Below, piece after piece: positions 45,062 through 54,992 of a stretch of DNA of 64,000 nucleotides (the stretch's first letter is position 1; each line of letters begins with the position of its first letter). The notes under the pieces were generated by a model that saw nothing but the letters and a program-made list of their open reading frames with translations, searched no databases and had not been told where the DNA came from. Origin of the DNA: an uncultured bacterium (GTDB lineage Bacteria; Patescibacteriota; Patescibacteriia; Patescibacteriales; UBA12465). The stretch lies in assembly GCA_903945435.1 (NCBI GenBank), contig CAJAVM010000025.1, forward strand, positions 705-64,704. Reading direction: 5' to 3'. Made by a program: the position numbers and the translations under genes.

Positions 45062-46264
45062 TTATTTTTTCTTGATTAGAATTTGAACATCATTAATATA
45101 GTCAGTTTCAAAACCTACTTCACAATAAATAAAGTAGTATAACCATTTTCTATAAAAATATTCATCGAATCCCAGTTGTTTAATTTCTTTTTCTCGAGCA
45201 ATAAAATTTTCCCTCCACTGATACAAAGTTTTAGCATAATCTTGGCCGATATAGTGAATATCGAGAATCTCTAATTTTAAACTAAAACTCTTTACTTGAA
45301 TTTGTTTTAAAGATAATAATTCTCCGCCAGGAAAAATATATTTCTTAATAAAGTTAGGGTCACGCAAATATTTTTGAAAGTGTTCATCGGGATAAGTAAT
45401 ACATTGCAAACACATCAAACCATCTTGCTTAATTAGTTTCTGACACTTACTTAAAAATAAAGGGACATATTCATAACCCAGAGCCTCCATCATCTCGATA
45501 GAAACAAGTTTATCAAAACTTCCCTCTAAATCACGATAATCACTTTTAATTAAGGTAATTTTATCTGCCAAATTTTCACTTTGAATAAGCGCCTCAACGT
45601 AAGCAAACTGCTCCTCAGAAATAGTAGTAATTGTTAGATGGCAACCATAATTTTTTGCAGCAAAAACAGCAAAACCGCCCCAGCCACAACCAATTTCTAA
45701 AACCTGGTCATCTTTATTCAATTTAATCTGTTCACAAATACGACGATATTTATTTTCTTGTGCTTCTTTTAAGCTATTACCCTTACGAAAAATCGCTGAG
45801 GAATAAGTCATGGTTTCATCTAGCCATAAACGATAAAAATCATTTGAAACATCATAGTGGGCACGAATATTATTTTTGCTTCCAGTCTTAGTATTTTTAT
45901 TACGCCAGTGTTCAACTTTTAGTCTCAAGTTAGCAAATTGAAATAAAGTAGATAAAATATTATTATCTCTAAATCCTGGTAACAACTCTTTATTTTGAAC
46001 AAACCACAACAAAACCTTTTTTAAATCAGGGGTAGTGAATTCTCCGAATAAAAAAGCTTCTCCAAAACCGGTATCACTAAATAAAATCACTCTCTTAAAA
46101 AAATTTTTATCTATTACTGTAATCCGCGCTAATGAGACCATACTTTGATTAGAATCATTACTCTGATTCTCGCCAAAAACATATTTACGATTATTAAACT
46201 CTAGCTCTAAAATTCCTCTAAATTTTTGATGTTTAAAAAATGTTAAAAATATTTTCCTATACAT
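45062..46264 (-). CDS. Cyclopropane-fatty-acyl-phospholipid synthase family SAM-dependent methyltransferase.
   Basis: SAM motif VLEIGCGWGGFA and CMAS-like length and flanks (AHYDVSNDFY). Confidence 0.8.
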   Translation of the reverse strand: MYRKIFLTFFKHQKFRGILELEFNNRKYVFGENQSNDSNQSMVSLARITVIDKNFFKRVILFSDTGFGEAFLFGEFTTPDLKKVLLWFVQNKELLPGFRDNNILSTLFQFANLRLKVEHWRNKNTKTGSKNNIRAHYDVSNDFYRLWLDETMTYSSAIFRKGNSLKEAQENKYRRICEQIKLNKDDQVLEIGCGWGGFAVFAAKNYGCHLTITTISEEQFAYVEALIQSENLADKITLIKSDYRDLEGSFDKLVSIEMMEALGYEYVPLFLSKCQKLIKQDGLMCLQCITYPDEHFQKYLRDPNFIKKYIFPGGELLSLKQIQVKSFSLKLEILDIHYIGQDYAKTLYQWRENFIAREKEIKQLGFDEYFYRKWLYYFIYCEVGFETDYINDVQILIKKK

Positions 46265-46271
46265 ATCTTTG

Positions 46272-47114
46272 CTACTCTTTTTTGTTAATTTTTCTTACTA
46301 TTTTTTCATCAGTCTCATCTTTACGATAAAATTTTACTTTTTTCAGGAATAACTTTAGAGCTTGATAATGAATTAAGATAATTGCCATTAAAGTTATCAT
46401 TGGATATCTTAGCATAACCCATATTAAACTGGAATTACTTAATTCTTTTCTGTTTCCTGTAAAAACAGTATGCAATTCTACTTCATCGTTTTTAACAGAA
46501 TCAATCGCCATCATTATTTTATCCCCAGGAACCTTAAACTTCCAATGCAGGTTGTTATCATAGTTGATAAAAGGTGAAATATAATAATTTTTCCTCTGGT
46601 TATCAGAAAATATTTCTGCGTCCGAATTATTAATTTTACAATAATACATTTTCTGATCGCCAAAAGTATTACTCACCTCGCTAAACATCGCCTTAAATTT
46701 ACCCGTCTTATCAAAACAATAATAAAAACTAACCGGATTAAATATATAACCAAAGTTTCTCAAACTTGTTAGAAGATAAACTTTATCAAGCTCAAACCCA
46801 AGCTTAAGCTCACCAATTAAAATTTTTAAACGCGCTTTAGTATTATTATTTAAGTATTTAGTCGCCTCAAAATTAGTAGTTTCTCGAGCGATGACTTCAG
46901 CATTACGACTTTTTTGTGAAACAAATTTAAAATGATCTTTATCAAAAAAACTAAGAGCATTCCATTTATTATATCCAAACAAAAACAACGCATGAGAAAG
47001 GTTTTCTAATTCATCCAAATCTAAATACACCATGTAAATTGAATATTTGAAAGAATTATTTCGCGGTTCCTGGCGTTTATGGATTAATTTTAAAGTATAA
47101 AGACAGGAATTCAT
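46272..47114 (-). CDS. DUF1365-family protein.
   Basis: CLYTLKLIHKRQEPRNNSFKYSIYMVYLDLDEL start, typical of DUF1365. It overlaps the upstream oxidoreductase by 4 nt. Confidence 0.6.
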   Translation of the reverse strand: MNSCLYTLKLIHKRQEPRNNSFKYSIYMVYLDLDELENLSHALFLFGYNKWNALSFFDKDHFKFVSQKSRNAEVIARETTNFEATKYLNNNTKARLKILIGELKLGFELDKVYLLTSLRNFGYIFNPVSFYYCFDKTGKFKAMFSEVSNTFGDQKMYYCKINNSDAEIFSDNQRKNYYISPFINYDNNLHWKFKVPGDKIMMAIDSVKNDEVELHTVFTGNRKELSNSSLIWVMLRYPMITLMAIILIHYQALKLFLKKVKFYRKDETDEKIVRKINKKE

Positions 47115-48367
47115 TTGCTTAATTTATTATTTTTTAAAATATCAACTACCTGCAAACCAGCCTTAATGCCATCTTCATGAAAACCATAACCAAAATAAGC
47201 GCCAGCAAAAAATATTCTAGTATCTTTATTTAATTCGGGTAATATTTTTTGAAGGGCAAAATTCTCTACAGTAAATAAAGGGTGATCGTAAATCAACTCT
47301 TTAACAATCTTCTTCTTATCTATTTCTTGAAAGGGATTAATAGAAACAAAATAATTAGTCTTGGTGTTAGGATGTTGTAATTCATTCATCCAATAGACTG
47401 TCGAAGATTGGCCATTCTCGCGATTAATAATGTGATTCCAGGAAGCCCAAGCATTTCTAATGGTTGGCATCACTGAAATATCCGTATGCAAAACAGCACG
47501 ATTACTACTATAACTAAATTTTTCCAACAATTGTCTTTTTTCAGAAGACAGTTCAGTCGCTAATTTCAAGCTCTCATCGGAATGGCTAGCTAAAATTACA
47601 TAATCAAAATCATAGCTTCCCTTTTCAGTAATTAACTGTACCCCATTTATAGTTTCTTTAACTTTCAAGGCGGCCTCCTTTAAATAAATATTAAAATTAC
47701 CTTGGTCAACTATTTTTTTAGTATACTCATTAGAACCACCTTTAACGGTATACCATTGAAACTGTCGATTAACACCGAGCAACCCATGATTATAGAAAAA
47801 TGGGATTATCAAAGAGATCGGTAAATCATAAGCGCTATGATGAGGCGTTGACCAGACCGCGGATGACATCGGAGCTAAATAATTATCTAAAAAATAGTGA
47901 GATAATTTTTTTCGCTCACAATATTGACTAATTGTTTCCTCACTTCCCCTAATAGATTCGCGCTCTTCTAGGGCCATCTTAAAAAATTTATTTATTTCAA
48001 ATAGAAACTTCCAATATTTTGGAGAAAGTAAGTTTTTTGGCTGAGAAAAAAGATGCAATAAACTGCTTCCAGAGTACTGAAGACCGGTCTTCTGATTATA
48101 TACCGCGAACGACATACTACTTTTTTGCTTTTCAACCCCTAATTCACTAAATAATTTAAGCAAGCTACCGTAAGTATGGAGATTAAAAACAATGAACCCC
48201 GTATCAATAGTAAACTTGCGTCCGTTATCTTCAAACTGATGAGTATGAGTATGCCCTCCTAAATAATCATTCTTATCAAAAATAGAGATTTCATAATCAT
48301 TACGCAAATAATGCGCACAAGTCATAGCTGAAATACCGGAGCCAATAATAGCTAGTTTCTTTTTCAT
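47111..48367 (-). CDS. FAD/NAD(P)-binding oxidoreductase, amine-oxidase/desaturase-like.
   Basis: N-terminal KKLAIIGSGISAMTCAHYL dinucleotide-binding motif and a C-terminal GAYFGYGFHEDG. Confidence 0.75.
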   Translation of the reverse strand: MKKKLAIIGSGISAMTCAHYLRNDYEISIFDKNDYLGGHTHTHQFEDNGRKFTIDTGFIVFNLHTYGSLLKLFSELGVEKQKSSMSFAVYNQKTGLQYSGSSLLHLFSQPKNLLSPKYWKFLFEINKFFKMALEERESIRGSEETISQYCERKKLSHYFLDNYLAPMSSAVWSTPHHSAYDLPISLIIPFFYNHGLLGVNRQFQWYTVKGGSNEYTKKIVDQGNFNIYLKEAALKVKETINGVQLITEKGSYDFDYVILASHSDESLKLATELSSEKRQLLEKFSYSSNRAVLHTDISVMPTIRNAWASWNHIINRENGQSSTVYWMNELQHPNTKTNYFVSINPFQEIDKKKIVKELIYDHPLFTVENFALQKILPELNKDTRIFFAGAYFGYGFHEDGIKAGLQVVDILKNNKLSK

Positions 48368-48374
48368 ATAACAA

Positions 48375-49139
48375 TTATTTAATCAAAAAGTTAGGCAACA
48401 TCGGCGGAGTTTTAGCGGCATATTCTTGAAATTCTAAATTTTCTTTATATCTTGCTTCGGCAAGTGGAACTCCAGAAACAAAACGTAGTAATAAAGTTAT
48501 TGTTATGGGTCCAATCAGACCAAGATAGAAATAATCAACTCCCCAAGTTACCAACCAAAGACCCCACCACAAAACCGCTTCGCCGAAATAATTAGGATGA
48601 CGAGTATATTTCCATAAGCCACTAGTCATAATCTTACCTTTATTTTCTTCCTGGCTAATAAATTTCTTCAATTGCTGGTCGCCAATAATCTCAAAACTCA
48701 GCCCAAAAGCCCAAATGATAATTCCCAAAAAATTAATCAGGATAGGATCACTATTATCAAAGCTGGTAACAACAATAAGACTAGAGGCTACTAATAATAG
48801 AGTAACTCCTTGTAACATAAATACTCGTAACCAAGAATTTAAGATAGAAAAGCTCTTCCAACTAGTACGCATATTTTGATAGCGCTTATCCTCTTCGTTA
48901 CTCTTTAAAAATCTGCGGCCAATATGATAAGCTAGGCGAAATCCCCAGAATGCAACCATAAAAGATATTAATAATACTCTAGGAGTTGGGTTAGAAAACC
49001 AACCAATCAATATTATTAAAACAAACCCCAGTCCCCAAGCGACATCAGCAATATCATTCCTTTTTTTAATTACTGCTATAACAAACCAAAAATTAATAAA
49101 AATGAACAAGGAGACGACCTGTAACCAAAAAGTATTCAT
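48375..49139 (-). CDS. DUF1295-family membrane protein, steroid-5-alpha-reductase/ICMT-like.
   Basis: [21 protein letters not shown] trimmed the start to the ATG at 49139 (MNTFWLQ) to remove a 100-nt overlap with the upstream gene. Confidence 0.7.
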   Translation of the reverse strand: MNTFWLQVVSLFIFINFWFVIAVIKKRNDIADVAWGLGFVLIILIGWFSNPTPRVLLISFMVAFWGFRLAYHIGRRFLKSNEEDKRYQNMRTSWKSFSILNSWLRVFMLQGVTLLLVASSLIVVTSFDNSDPILINFLGIIIWAFGLSFEIIGDQQLKKFISQEENKGKIMTSGLWKYTRHPNYFGEAVLWWGLWLVTWGVDYFYLGLIGPITITLLLRFVSGVPLAEARYKENLEFQEYAAKTPPMLPNFLIK

Positions 49140-49144
49140 AATTA

Positions 49145-49552
49145 TTACATTATATTTTTCGCAATAAAATACGTTACCACAGAGACTGATGAGGACAAGA
49201 CAATTCCCCAAATAATATCGATAATCACTATTTTCCAGGGCCAATCTTTCAAAACCGCTAAACTTGTTAAATCAAAAGTCATATAAGTGAAGAAGCCAAA
49301 CAACGCCCCATACAAAAGGGCATACGACCAAGAATTATTTTTCATTGCTGGCGAAATAACAAAAATAACTAGACCGATAATAAAAAGTAAATAAAACAGC
49401 ACGGCTACTGGCCAATTAGGCATTGGCCTCATTAAGTGACCCATGTGTTTCTGATATAAATCTTTAGCGATTACTCCCAGCCAAGTTAAATCAATAATGA
49501 AAAAAATAGGAACAGCTATTAAATAAAGCTTTACAAAGTTAATTACTGACAT
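49145..49552 (-). CDS. DUF2177-family membrane protein.
   Basis: [24 protein letters not shown] and four TM segments. Length 135 aa. Confidence 0.55.
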   Translation of the reverse strand: MSVINFVKLYLIAVPIFFIIDLTWLGVIAKDLYQKHMGHLMRPMPNWPVAVLFYLLFIIGLVIFVISPAMKNNSWSYALLYGALFGFFTYMTFDLTSLAVLKDWPWKIVIIDIIWGIVLSSSVSVVTYFIAKNIM

Positions 49553-49566
49553 AAATGTATTTTTAA

Positions 49567-50070
49567 TTAGTTAATTTTATCTAATATTTTATTATCAACT
49601 AAATATTCTTCAATTTCTTCAGGCGTTACCATCGGCGCAAAACGTTTAAGAGGCTTCCCTGAGCGGTCTATTAAAAACTTAGTAAAATTCCATTTAACGC
49701 GTCCGCCTAATATTTCTGATAATTCTTTTTTTAAATAAACAAATAATGGATGTGCCTCCGAACCATTAACTTTTATCTTCTTAAAAATTGGGAAACTGAC
49801 TCCGTAGTTAAGCTTACAAAAAGAAACAATTTCTTCTTCGCTCCCCGGCTCTTGTCCGGCAAATTGATTACACGGGAAGGCTAAAATAATAAAACCTTGA
49901 TTATTATAATCTTGATATAACTTCTCTAACCCAGCGTATTGTTTAGTAAATCCACATTTGCTAGCCGTATTAACAACCAGAACTACTTTATCCCGATAAT
50001 CGGACATATTAAGCACTTGGCCATTAGCGGCTTCCGCTATAAAATCATAAAAATTAATCATATACTTCAT
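49567..50070 (-). CDS. Glutathione peroxidase family protein, Cys type.
   Basis: [14 protein letters not shown] active site, FPCNQF, and WNFTKFL motifs. Confidence 0.85.
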   Translation of the reverse strand: MKYMINFYDFIAEAANGQVLNMSDYRDKVVLVVNTASKCGFTKQYAGLEKLYQDYNNQGFIILAFPCNQFAGQEPGSEEEIVSFCKLNYGVSFPIFKKIKVNGSEAHPLFVYLKKELSEILGGRVKWNFTKFLIDRSGKPLKRFAPMVTPEEIEEYLVDNKILDKIN

Positions 50071-50104
50071 TATAACTCAAAAGCTAGAATATAAACATAA
50101 TCCA

Positions 50105-51631
50105 TTATTCTGCGCTATTTTCAGGTATCGCTAAAATCAAAATCAAATCCCATTTAATTTCTATCAACTGCAGAGCCTTATATCGAGAAACATTGAAGGA
50201 CTTCCAAGAATAGCCAGAAGAATATTCATAATAACTTTTTAAAGCAATGGCAACTTCTTTTGATAACTCCCGACCGTCCTTATCCTTTACCCCTGGAATT
50301 TCCAATAAGGACATAAGCCTAGGAACGGCATCAGCTGATAAAGACGCGAGATAGGTAGTATCTAATACGCCACTTTTTGCGAATTGATTGATATTTTGTT
50401 TAGTAACAAAGGCGTCGGGATTAATTAAATTAAATAAAATAAAAAAGGTGGTAATAGATAAAAATAGTCCAAAAATAAAAGAGCGGTCGTTAACATTTTT
50501 TATGATTTTACAACCCAACCAAAGGAATACGGCGGCTAACCAAATAATAAAGGCCTGTACTAAAATGCGGTCTAGAGTAAAGCCATATGCCTGTTCATAA
50601 ATCCCTAGTCTCATAAATGCTGACGCCATAATCACTAAAATTAACAGCACTAGAATACTCGTTAGAATTTTAAATACATTACTTGGTCTATCCTCGGTAC
50701 GTTCAATATATTTTTCCGCCAAAAAAATCAAACTAAAAGTAAGCAAAGCAACAGCAATTAGTTCGCCAAATCCTTTATGAGCATATTCCGCATATGTATA
50801 ACCCAATTTTGTTATAGCGTCATGACCAGCAAATAAATATTTGATTTGAATTACCACAAAGGTGAGAAATAAAGCACTCAATGTCGCAAATAATATACCG
50901 GCTTCAATGTTGCCAAACTTGTAGCTTCTAACCATCGGGAGGGGCGAAATATTATCTTGTGAACTAACATTTTCTAAAATATAAATATAAGCCCCAAACC
51001 ACAATATAGTAAAAATAAGGGTCAGCCAAATTTGAGTCGCCACATCAGGATTAACGCTGAAGTTAATATTAAATATACCGGCTACAAACTTGTTAAATAC
51101 TAAATCTGCTGATGAAAACAAAAAGAAAAAGAAGAGTGCAATAGGAAGAGTAATCAAAATACCTTTAACAATTTGTGAAGTTTGTTTCTTTCTTGAAGAA
51201 ATTTTTACCGAAGAAATCATGCGCCCAAAAGCGGTAAAAGATTTACCGAGCATATTAAAAGGTAAATGCACAATTGTTTTAAGATAATCAAAAAACAAAT
51301 ACTGTCTTATTTTAAAACCAATTGTATTTCGAGCTAATAACAGTAAAAAGCCAAAAGTTAATACAATATTCCAGAAACGCAAAAATTCATTTTCTCTCAC
51401 CCCAACCATCGCTGCAAAAAATAAGATTACCGGTAAAAACCAAAGTCCGGCCTTATTAAAAGAAATTTTAAATAAGAAAAGAAAACCGAATAGGCCAGTA
51501 CACAACAATATTACATATATTAAAAATGATATCCCAGCGAGCTGATTATAAAATAAATAATTAAAAATGAGCCCCAATAACAAGGACACCATTCCAACAA
51601 TATAAAGTTTTTTTGTAGAAATCGTATTCAT
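50105..51631 (-). CDS. Large polytopic membrane protein, DUF4153/DUF4173-like.
   Basis: About 12 TM segments and a C-terminal DTTYLASLSADAVPRL region. Confidence 0.4.
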   Translation of the reverse strand: MNTISTKKLYIVGMVSLLLGLIFNYLFYNQLAGISFLIYVILLCTGLFGFLFLFKISFNKAGLWFLPVILFFAAMVGVRENEFLRFWNIVLTFGFLLLLARNTIGFKIRQYLFFDYLKTIVHLPFNMLGKSFTAFGRMISSVKISSRKKQTSQIVKGILITLPIALFFFFLFSSADLVFNKFVAGIFNINFSVNPDVATQIWLTLIFTILWFGAYIYILENVSSQDNISPLPMVRSYKFGNIEAGILFATLSALFLTFVVIQIKYLFAGHDAITKLGYTYAEYAHKGFGELIAVALLTFSLIFLAEKYIERTEDRPSNVFKILTSILVLLILVIMASAFMRLGIYEQAYGFTLDRILVQAFIIWLAAVFLWLGCKIIKNVNDRSFIFGLFLSITTFFILFNLINPDAFVTKQNINQFAKSGVLDTTYLASLSADAVPRLMSLLEIPGVKDKDGRELSKEVAIALKSYYEYSSGYSWKSFNVSRYKALQLIEIKWDLILILAIPENSAE

Positions 51632-51632
51632 A

Positions 51633-51878
51633 TTAATAATTATTATATGTTTTATCCGATCTTCTCTCGATAGTTAAAATAGAATATTGGCCATCATCTT
51701 GTTTTTTAAAAATAATTCTTAACTTTCCTTTTCTAATACGAAAAATGTTATCACAGTTTTTTAGTTTTTTTAGGTCCAATCCAAATAAAGATTCCTCCTT
51801 TATTTTTAAAAGGATGTTTTTAATTATCTCTTTTTCCTTAGAGGATAAATTTTGTAATGCTTTAGCAATCTTATCCAT
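51633..51878 (-). CDS. RelE/ParE-family type II toxin.
   Basis: LKKLKNCDNIFRIRKGKLRIIFKKQDDGQYSILTIERRSDKTY matches the RelE-like core pattern. Length 81 aa. Confidence 0.65.
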   Translation of the reverse strand: MDKIAKALQNLSSKEKEIIKNILLKIKEESLFGLDLKKLKNCDNIFRIRKGKLRIIFKKQDDGQYSILTIERRSDKTYNNY

Positions 51879-51882
51879 AGCA

Positions 51883-52098
51883 TTACAAAGATGCTAAAAG
51901 TTCATCAATATTAACACCTCCCTTTTTAATTTTAGTGAAATTAATAACTTCCTCCCAACTATTATCTTCATCTATGGGGGTTAATTTAAAAAGCGGCTTG
52001 CTTTGTTTCAAAACAATAAAAGATTTTCCAGCTTTTACTTCATTAGCATATTTATCCATATTAAGTCGTAAATCTTTTAGGGCAACCAGGTTTTCCAT
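51883..52098 (-). CDS. Phd/YefM-type antitoxin.
   Basis: The 71-aa product starts LKDLRLNMDKYANEVKAGKSFIVLKQSKPLFKLTPI and lies 4 nt upstream of the toxin. Confidence 0.6.
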   Translation of the reverse strand: MENLVALKDLRLNMDKYANEVKAGKSFIVLKQSKPLFKLTPIDEDNSWEEVINFTKIKKGGVNIDELLASL

Positions 52099-52169
52099 AC
52101 ATTTTTATTTAATAAATAAGATTATCTAAAGTTTAACAAAAGATAACCTTTGCGTCAAGTTGTTCCAAT

Positions 52170-52200
52170 AAACAAAACCCGCCAAAAATTGACGGGCTTT
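52170..52200 (-). terminator. Rho-independent terminator after the purF-like gene.
   Basis: The minus-strand RNA folds as CCCGUC-AAUUUUU-GGCGGG with one G.U pair, followed by UUUUGUUUAUU. Confidence 0.65.
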
Positions 52201-52224
52201 AAACATATTAATACTATAAAAATC

Positions 52225-53733
52225 TTATTTTGCGATATACTTTGGAAGTTCTGGATAAGAACCACCAAAACAACCACCACAAATACCACCGCCATACGTT
52301 TCGGCTACGACTTTATAAAGCCCTGCCGTTTGAAGATAAATCAGCTCATCAGCGCCAACAGTCTGTCTAATGGACTCTAAACTACGTTTATAAGCAATCA
52401 ACTGACTTTGGGTTTGAAAATCCATGCCATTAGGGCAGATATTGGTAATCGGCGGGAAACAAACGCAAAAAATTACTTTTTTTGCGCCCGCTTGTCGCAA
52501 CATTTCGACAATTATTTTTGCCGTATGACTGCGAACAATTGAATCGTCAACAACAATAACTTCTTTCCCAGCCACCGCCTCTTTTTTTAAATGAAGCTTT
52601 TTTCTGATTACCGAAATTCTCTCTTCAGTAGTAGTCGCCGTAAAAGAACGTGACTGTCCACCTAAAGGTTCGTGTGCTCTTTGAAAAGCTTCTTCGTAAA
52701 GATCGCCGTTATGAACCTGGAGGCGCGTACTCAAAACATGAGCAAGGCCTTGGGCGAAATGCTTACCCGAGTCCAAAATTGGAACGACAACATCACCTTT
52801 CAAATCTGGATTTTCCAATACAATCTGTTCTCCGATTTTACGACGGAAATCTTCATTATAAATTCCTTTCTTTTTGGAACGAGGATTGGAAAAATAGATA
52901 CTTTCAAAAACGCAAAAAAATTCTTCCGCTTGCGCATAAATCAGGCTTCGAAATTTTTCTGATTTCTTTTCAAAAATCAACATTTCTCCAGGAAGAACAT
53001 CACGTAAAAATTCGACTCCGGCAAATTGATCGAAAGAAACCGTTTCGGAACAAACCATAAAGCCTGAACCGAGTTTAGCGACGCTTAAAGGGCGAACGCC
53101 ATATCGGTCACGAATAGCAAAAATTTTATCGCGAGTAATAATAAGTAAAGAATAAGAACAAAAAACTTTATTTAAAGCATAAAGAATCGCATTCTCAATC
53201 TTTTTTTCACCAGACGATAAAATCAGATGGATTAAAATTTCCGTATCCGAGGTAGCATCAAATTTGCAGCCGCTTTGTTTAAGCTCGGCTTTTAAATTTT
53301 CAACGTTCACCAAGGTGCCGTTGTGAGCAATGGCAAAAGGGCCATATTTAGATTCTGTAACAATTAAGGGCTGAATATTAGCTACTAACCCTGGGTCACC
53401 TTTAGTTGCATAACGACAATGGGCAATCGCCATATTTCCAGGTAATTCTAAACGAAAACGTTTTTCGTTAAAGTCACGAAACTGGATACTGAAAGGACCG
53501 ACACGACGTCTTTCGTAAATTTTCCCCTGACGTTCTGATACAACGCCGCCGCCTTTCTCTCCACGTTTTTCAATCACGGTAATCAATTGCCCAGTTATCC
53601 AAGAGGCGTTAGGAATATTGATTGCAGCTGCTAAACCACAGTTTTCGGAGAATAAATCCCGAAAATTAAAACCGGACTCTTTACAAAATTTCAATTGCAA
53701 AGAGAATTTCTTAGAACTAGATTTTTCTGTCAT
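52225..53733 (-). CDS. purF: Amidophosphoribosyltransferase-like protein with a class II (Ntn) glutamine amidotransferase domain and a PRTase domain.
   Basis: Nucleophile context SENCGLAAAI, PRTase motif VIVVDDSIVRSHTAKI, and a C-terminal Cys cluster (CGGCFGG). The first 31 residues precede the catalytic Cys. Confidence 0.7.
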   Translation of the reverse strand: MTEKSSSKKFSLQLKFCKESGFNFRDLFSENCGLAAAINIPNASWITGQLITVIEKRGEKGGGVVSERQGKIYERRRVGPFSIQFRDFNEKRFRLELPGNMAIAHCRYATKGDPGLVANIQPLIVTESKYGPFAIAHNGTLVNVENLKAELKQSGCKFDATSDTEILIHLILSSGEKKIENAILYALNKVFCSYSLLIITRDKIFAIRDRYGVRPLSVAKLGSGFMVCSETVSFDQFAGVEFLRDVLPGEMLIFEKKSEKFRSLIYAQAEEFFCVFESIYFSNPRSKKKGIYNEDFRRKIGEQIVLENPDLKGDVVVPILDSGKHFAQGLAHVLSTRLQVHNGDLYEEAFQRAHEPLGGQSRSFTATTTEERISVIRKKLHLKKEAVAGKEVIVVDDSIVRSHTAKIIVEMLRQAGAKKVIFCVCFPPITNICPNGMDFQTQSQLIAYKRSLESIRQTVGADELIYLQTAGLYKVVAETYGGGICGGCFGGSYPELPKYIAK

Positions 53734-53783
53734 TTCGATGGTTATTTTTTGGTGTAAATAATAAATTTTAAAGGACTAATTAA

Positions 53784-53812
53784 TAAAAAAATATACCATT
53801 ACTGGTATATTT
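53784..53812 (-). terminator. Rho-independent terminator ending the 59485->53830 operon.
   Basis: The minus-strand RNA folds as AUAUACCA-GUAA-UGGUAUAU followed by UUUUUUAUU. Confidence 0.75.
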
Positions 53813-53829
53813 GGTCAAATCTGTAAATT

Positions 53830-54489
53830 TTATGATTTTCGGTTAATTATGATTTCACTCACCTCCATGTTTTTAGGAAGATCAAGTGTGTGTTTCAGCG
53901 CGAGCGCTACATCTTCCGCTCTCATCCACTCACTACCATCTGCGGTATTGTCTACTCCTGTAGCTTTTTCAAATAATTTAGTCTTAAACCCTCCTGGACA
54001 AAAACTAATCACTCGAGATTTTGTGCCTTTAAGCTCAAGCTGAAGATTGGCACTAAAACCACGCATCGCCCACTTAGAAGCGCCATAAACAGCTTGATCA
54101 AGATAACCTTTTAAGCCCACAGAGGATGCAACATTTACAATATCGGCTTCATCCTGTTTTATCTTTTTAATGAGATTAGAAATTAACAAAATAGCAGCCT
54201 TCACATTCACTGATAGCAGGCGATCAAATTCTGCTCCCGTTATTTTTTCTAATTTCTGAACTGATAAAACACCGGCGCAATTAATTATCGCTTCAATTTT
54301 TTCATCCATCTTTAATATTTCACTAACCGCTCCCTTTATTTCTTCTTCATTAGATAAATCGCACAGGATATTAGAATCGGTAAATTCTGATTTTCGTCTT
54401 GAAATATTTATTACCTTCTTGCCCGCTTCTTTATAAAGTTTCGCGACCTGCAAGCCTAATCCATCACTAGCTCCGGTAATTATAATCAT
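53830..54489 (-). CDS. Short-chain dehydrogenase/reductase (SDR).
   Basis: IIITGASDGLG cofactor motif and YGASKWA catalytic motif. Confidence 0.8.
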   Translation of the reverse strand: MIIITGASDGLGLQVAKLYKEAGKKVINISRRKSEFTDSNILCDLSNEEEIKGAVSEILKMDEKIEAIINCAGVLSVQKLEKITGAEFDRLLSVNVKAAILLISNLIKKIKQDEADIVNVASSVGLKGYLDQAVYGASKWAMRGFSANLQLELKGTKSRVISFCPGGFKTKLFEKATGVDNTADGSEWMRAEDVALALKHTLDLPKNMEVSEIIINRKS

Positions 54490-54508
54490 ATATTTTTCAT
54501 TAATTTAT

Positions 54509-54964
54509 TTAAAATTTTAACTCCCAACCTATTTCGCTGTAAGGAATATTATTTTGAATATTATTTAAAGCCATTTTAACTTCAGGGACAATATTTTTAG
54601 GCAAATCATTTAACTCGAACCATTTTAACTCATCACATTTGTCTGGCTCCATATTTATAATTTCTCCAGTCCATTTATTAGCGCTCACAAAAATATCAAA
54701 ATACTCACGATCCGTTGAAAGTCTATGAATAACGCTAACTACCTTTAAATCATTAGCAGCTATTGTTATACCTGATTCCTCAAGTGCTTCACGGGCAATA
54801 CACTGGGTGGCTGTTTCCCCGCCTTCAAAATGACCAGAAACTAAACTATAATTTCCATCTTGATATCCAGTATGATAACGTCTTAACAGCAAAATCTTCT
54901 TGTCTTTAATCAATATTAAATATGCGGAAGCATACGGCCTGAATCTTTCTTCGTGATTAGACAT
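54509..54964 (-). CDS. NUDIX hydrolase.
   Basis: Nudix box GHFEGGETATQCIAREALEESGI. Confidence 0.8.
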   Translation of the reverse strand: MSNHEERFRPYASAYLILIKDKKILLLRRYHTGYQDGNYSLVSGHFEGGETATQCIAREALEESGITIAANDLKVVSVIHRLSTDREYFDIFVSANKWTGEIINMEPDKCDELKWFELNDLPKNIVPEVKMALNNIQNNIPYSEIGWELKF

Positions 54965-54992
54965 ATTATTTTAGTTATATATCTTAAATTAA

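Noticed and set aside
49140-49244. N-terminal 35-aa extension of the DUF1295 ORF, overlapping the DUF2177 gene by 100 nt.
   Set aside because: The internal ATG at 49139 (MNTFWLQVV...) begins the first TM segment and leaves a 5-nt gap to the upstream stop. The extension has no homolog-like features.
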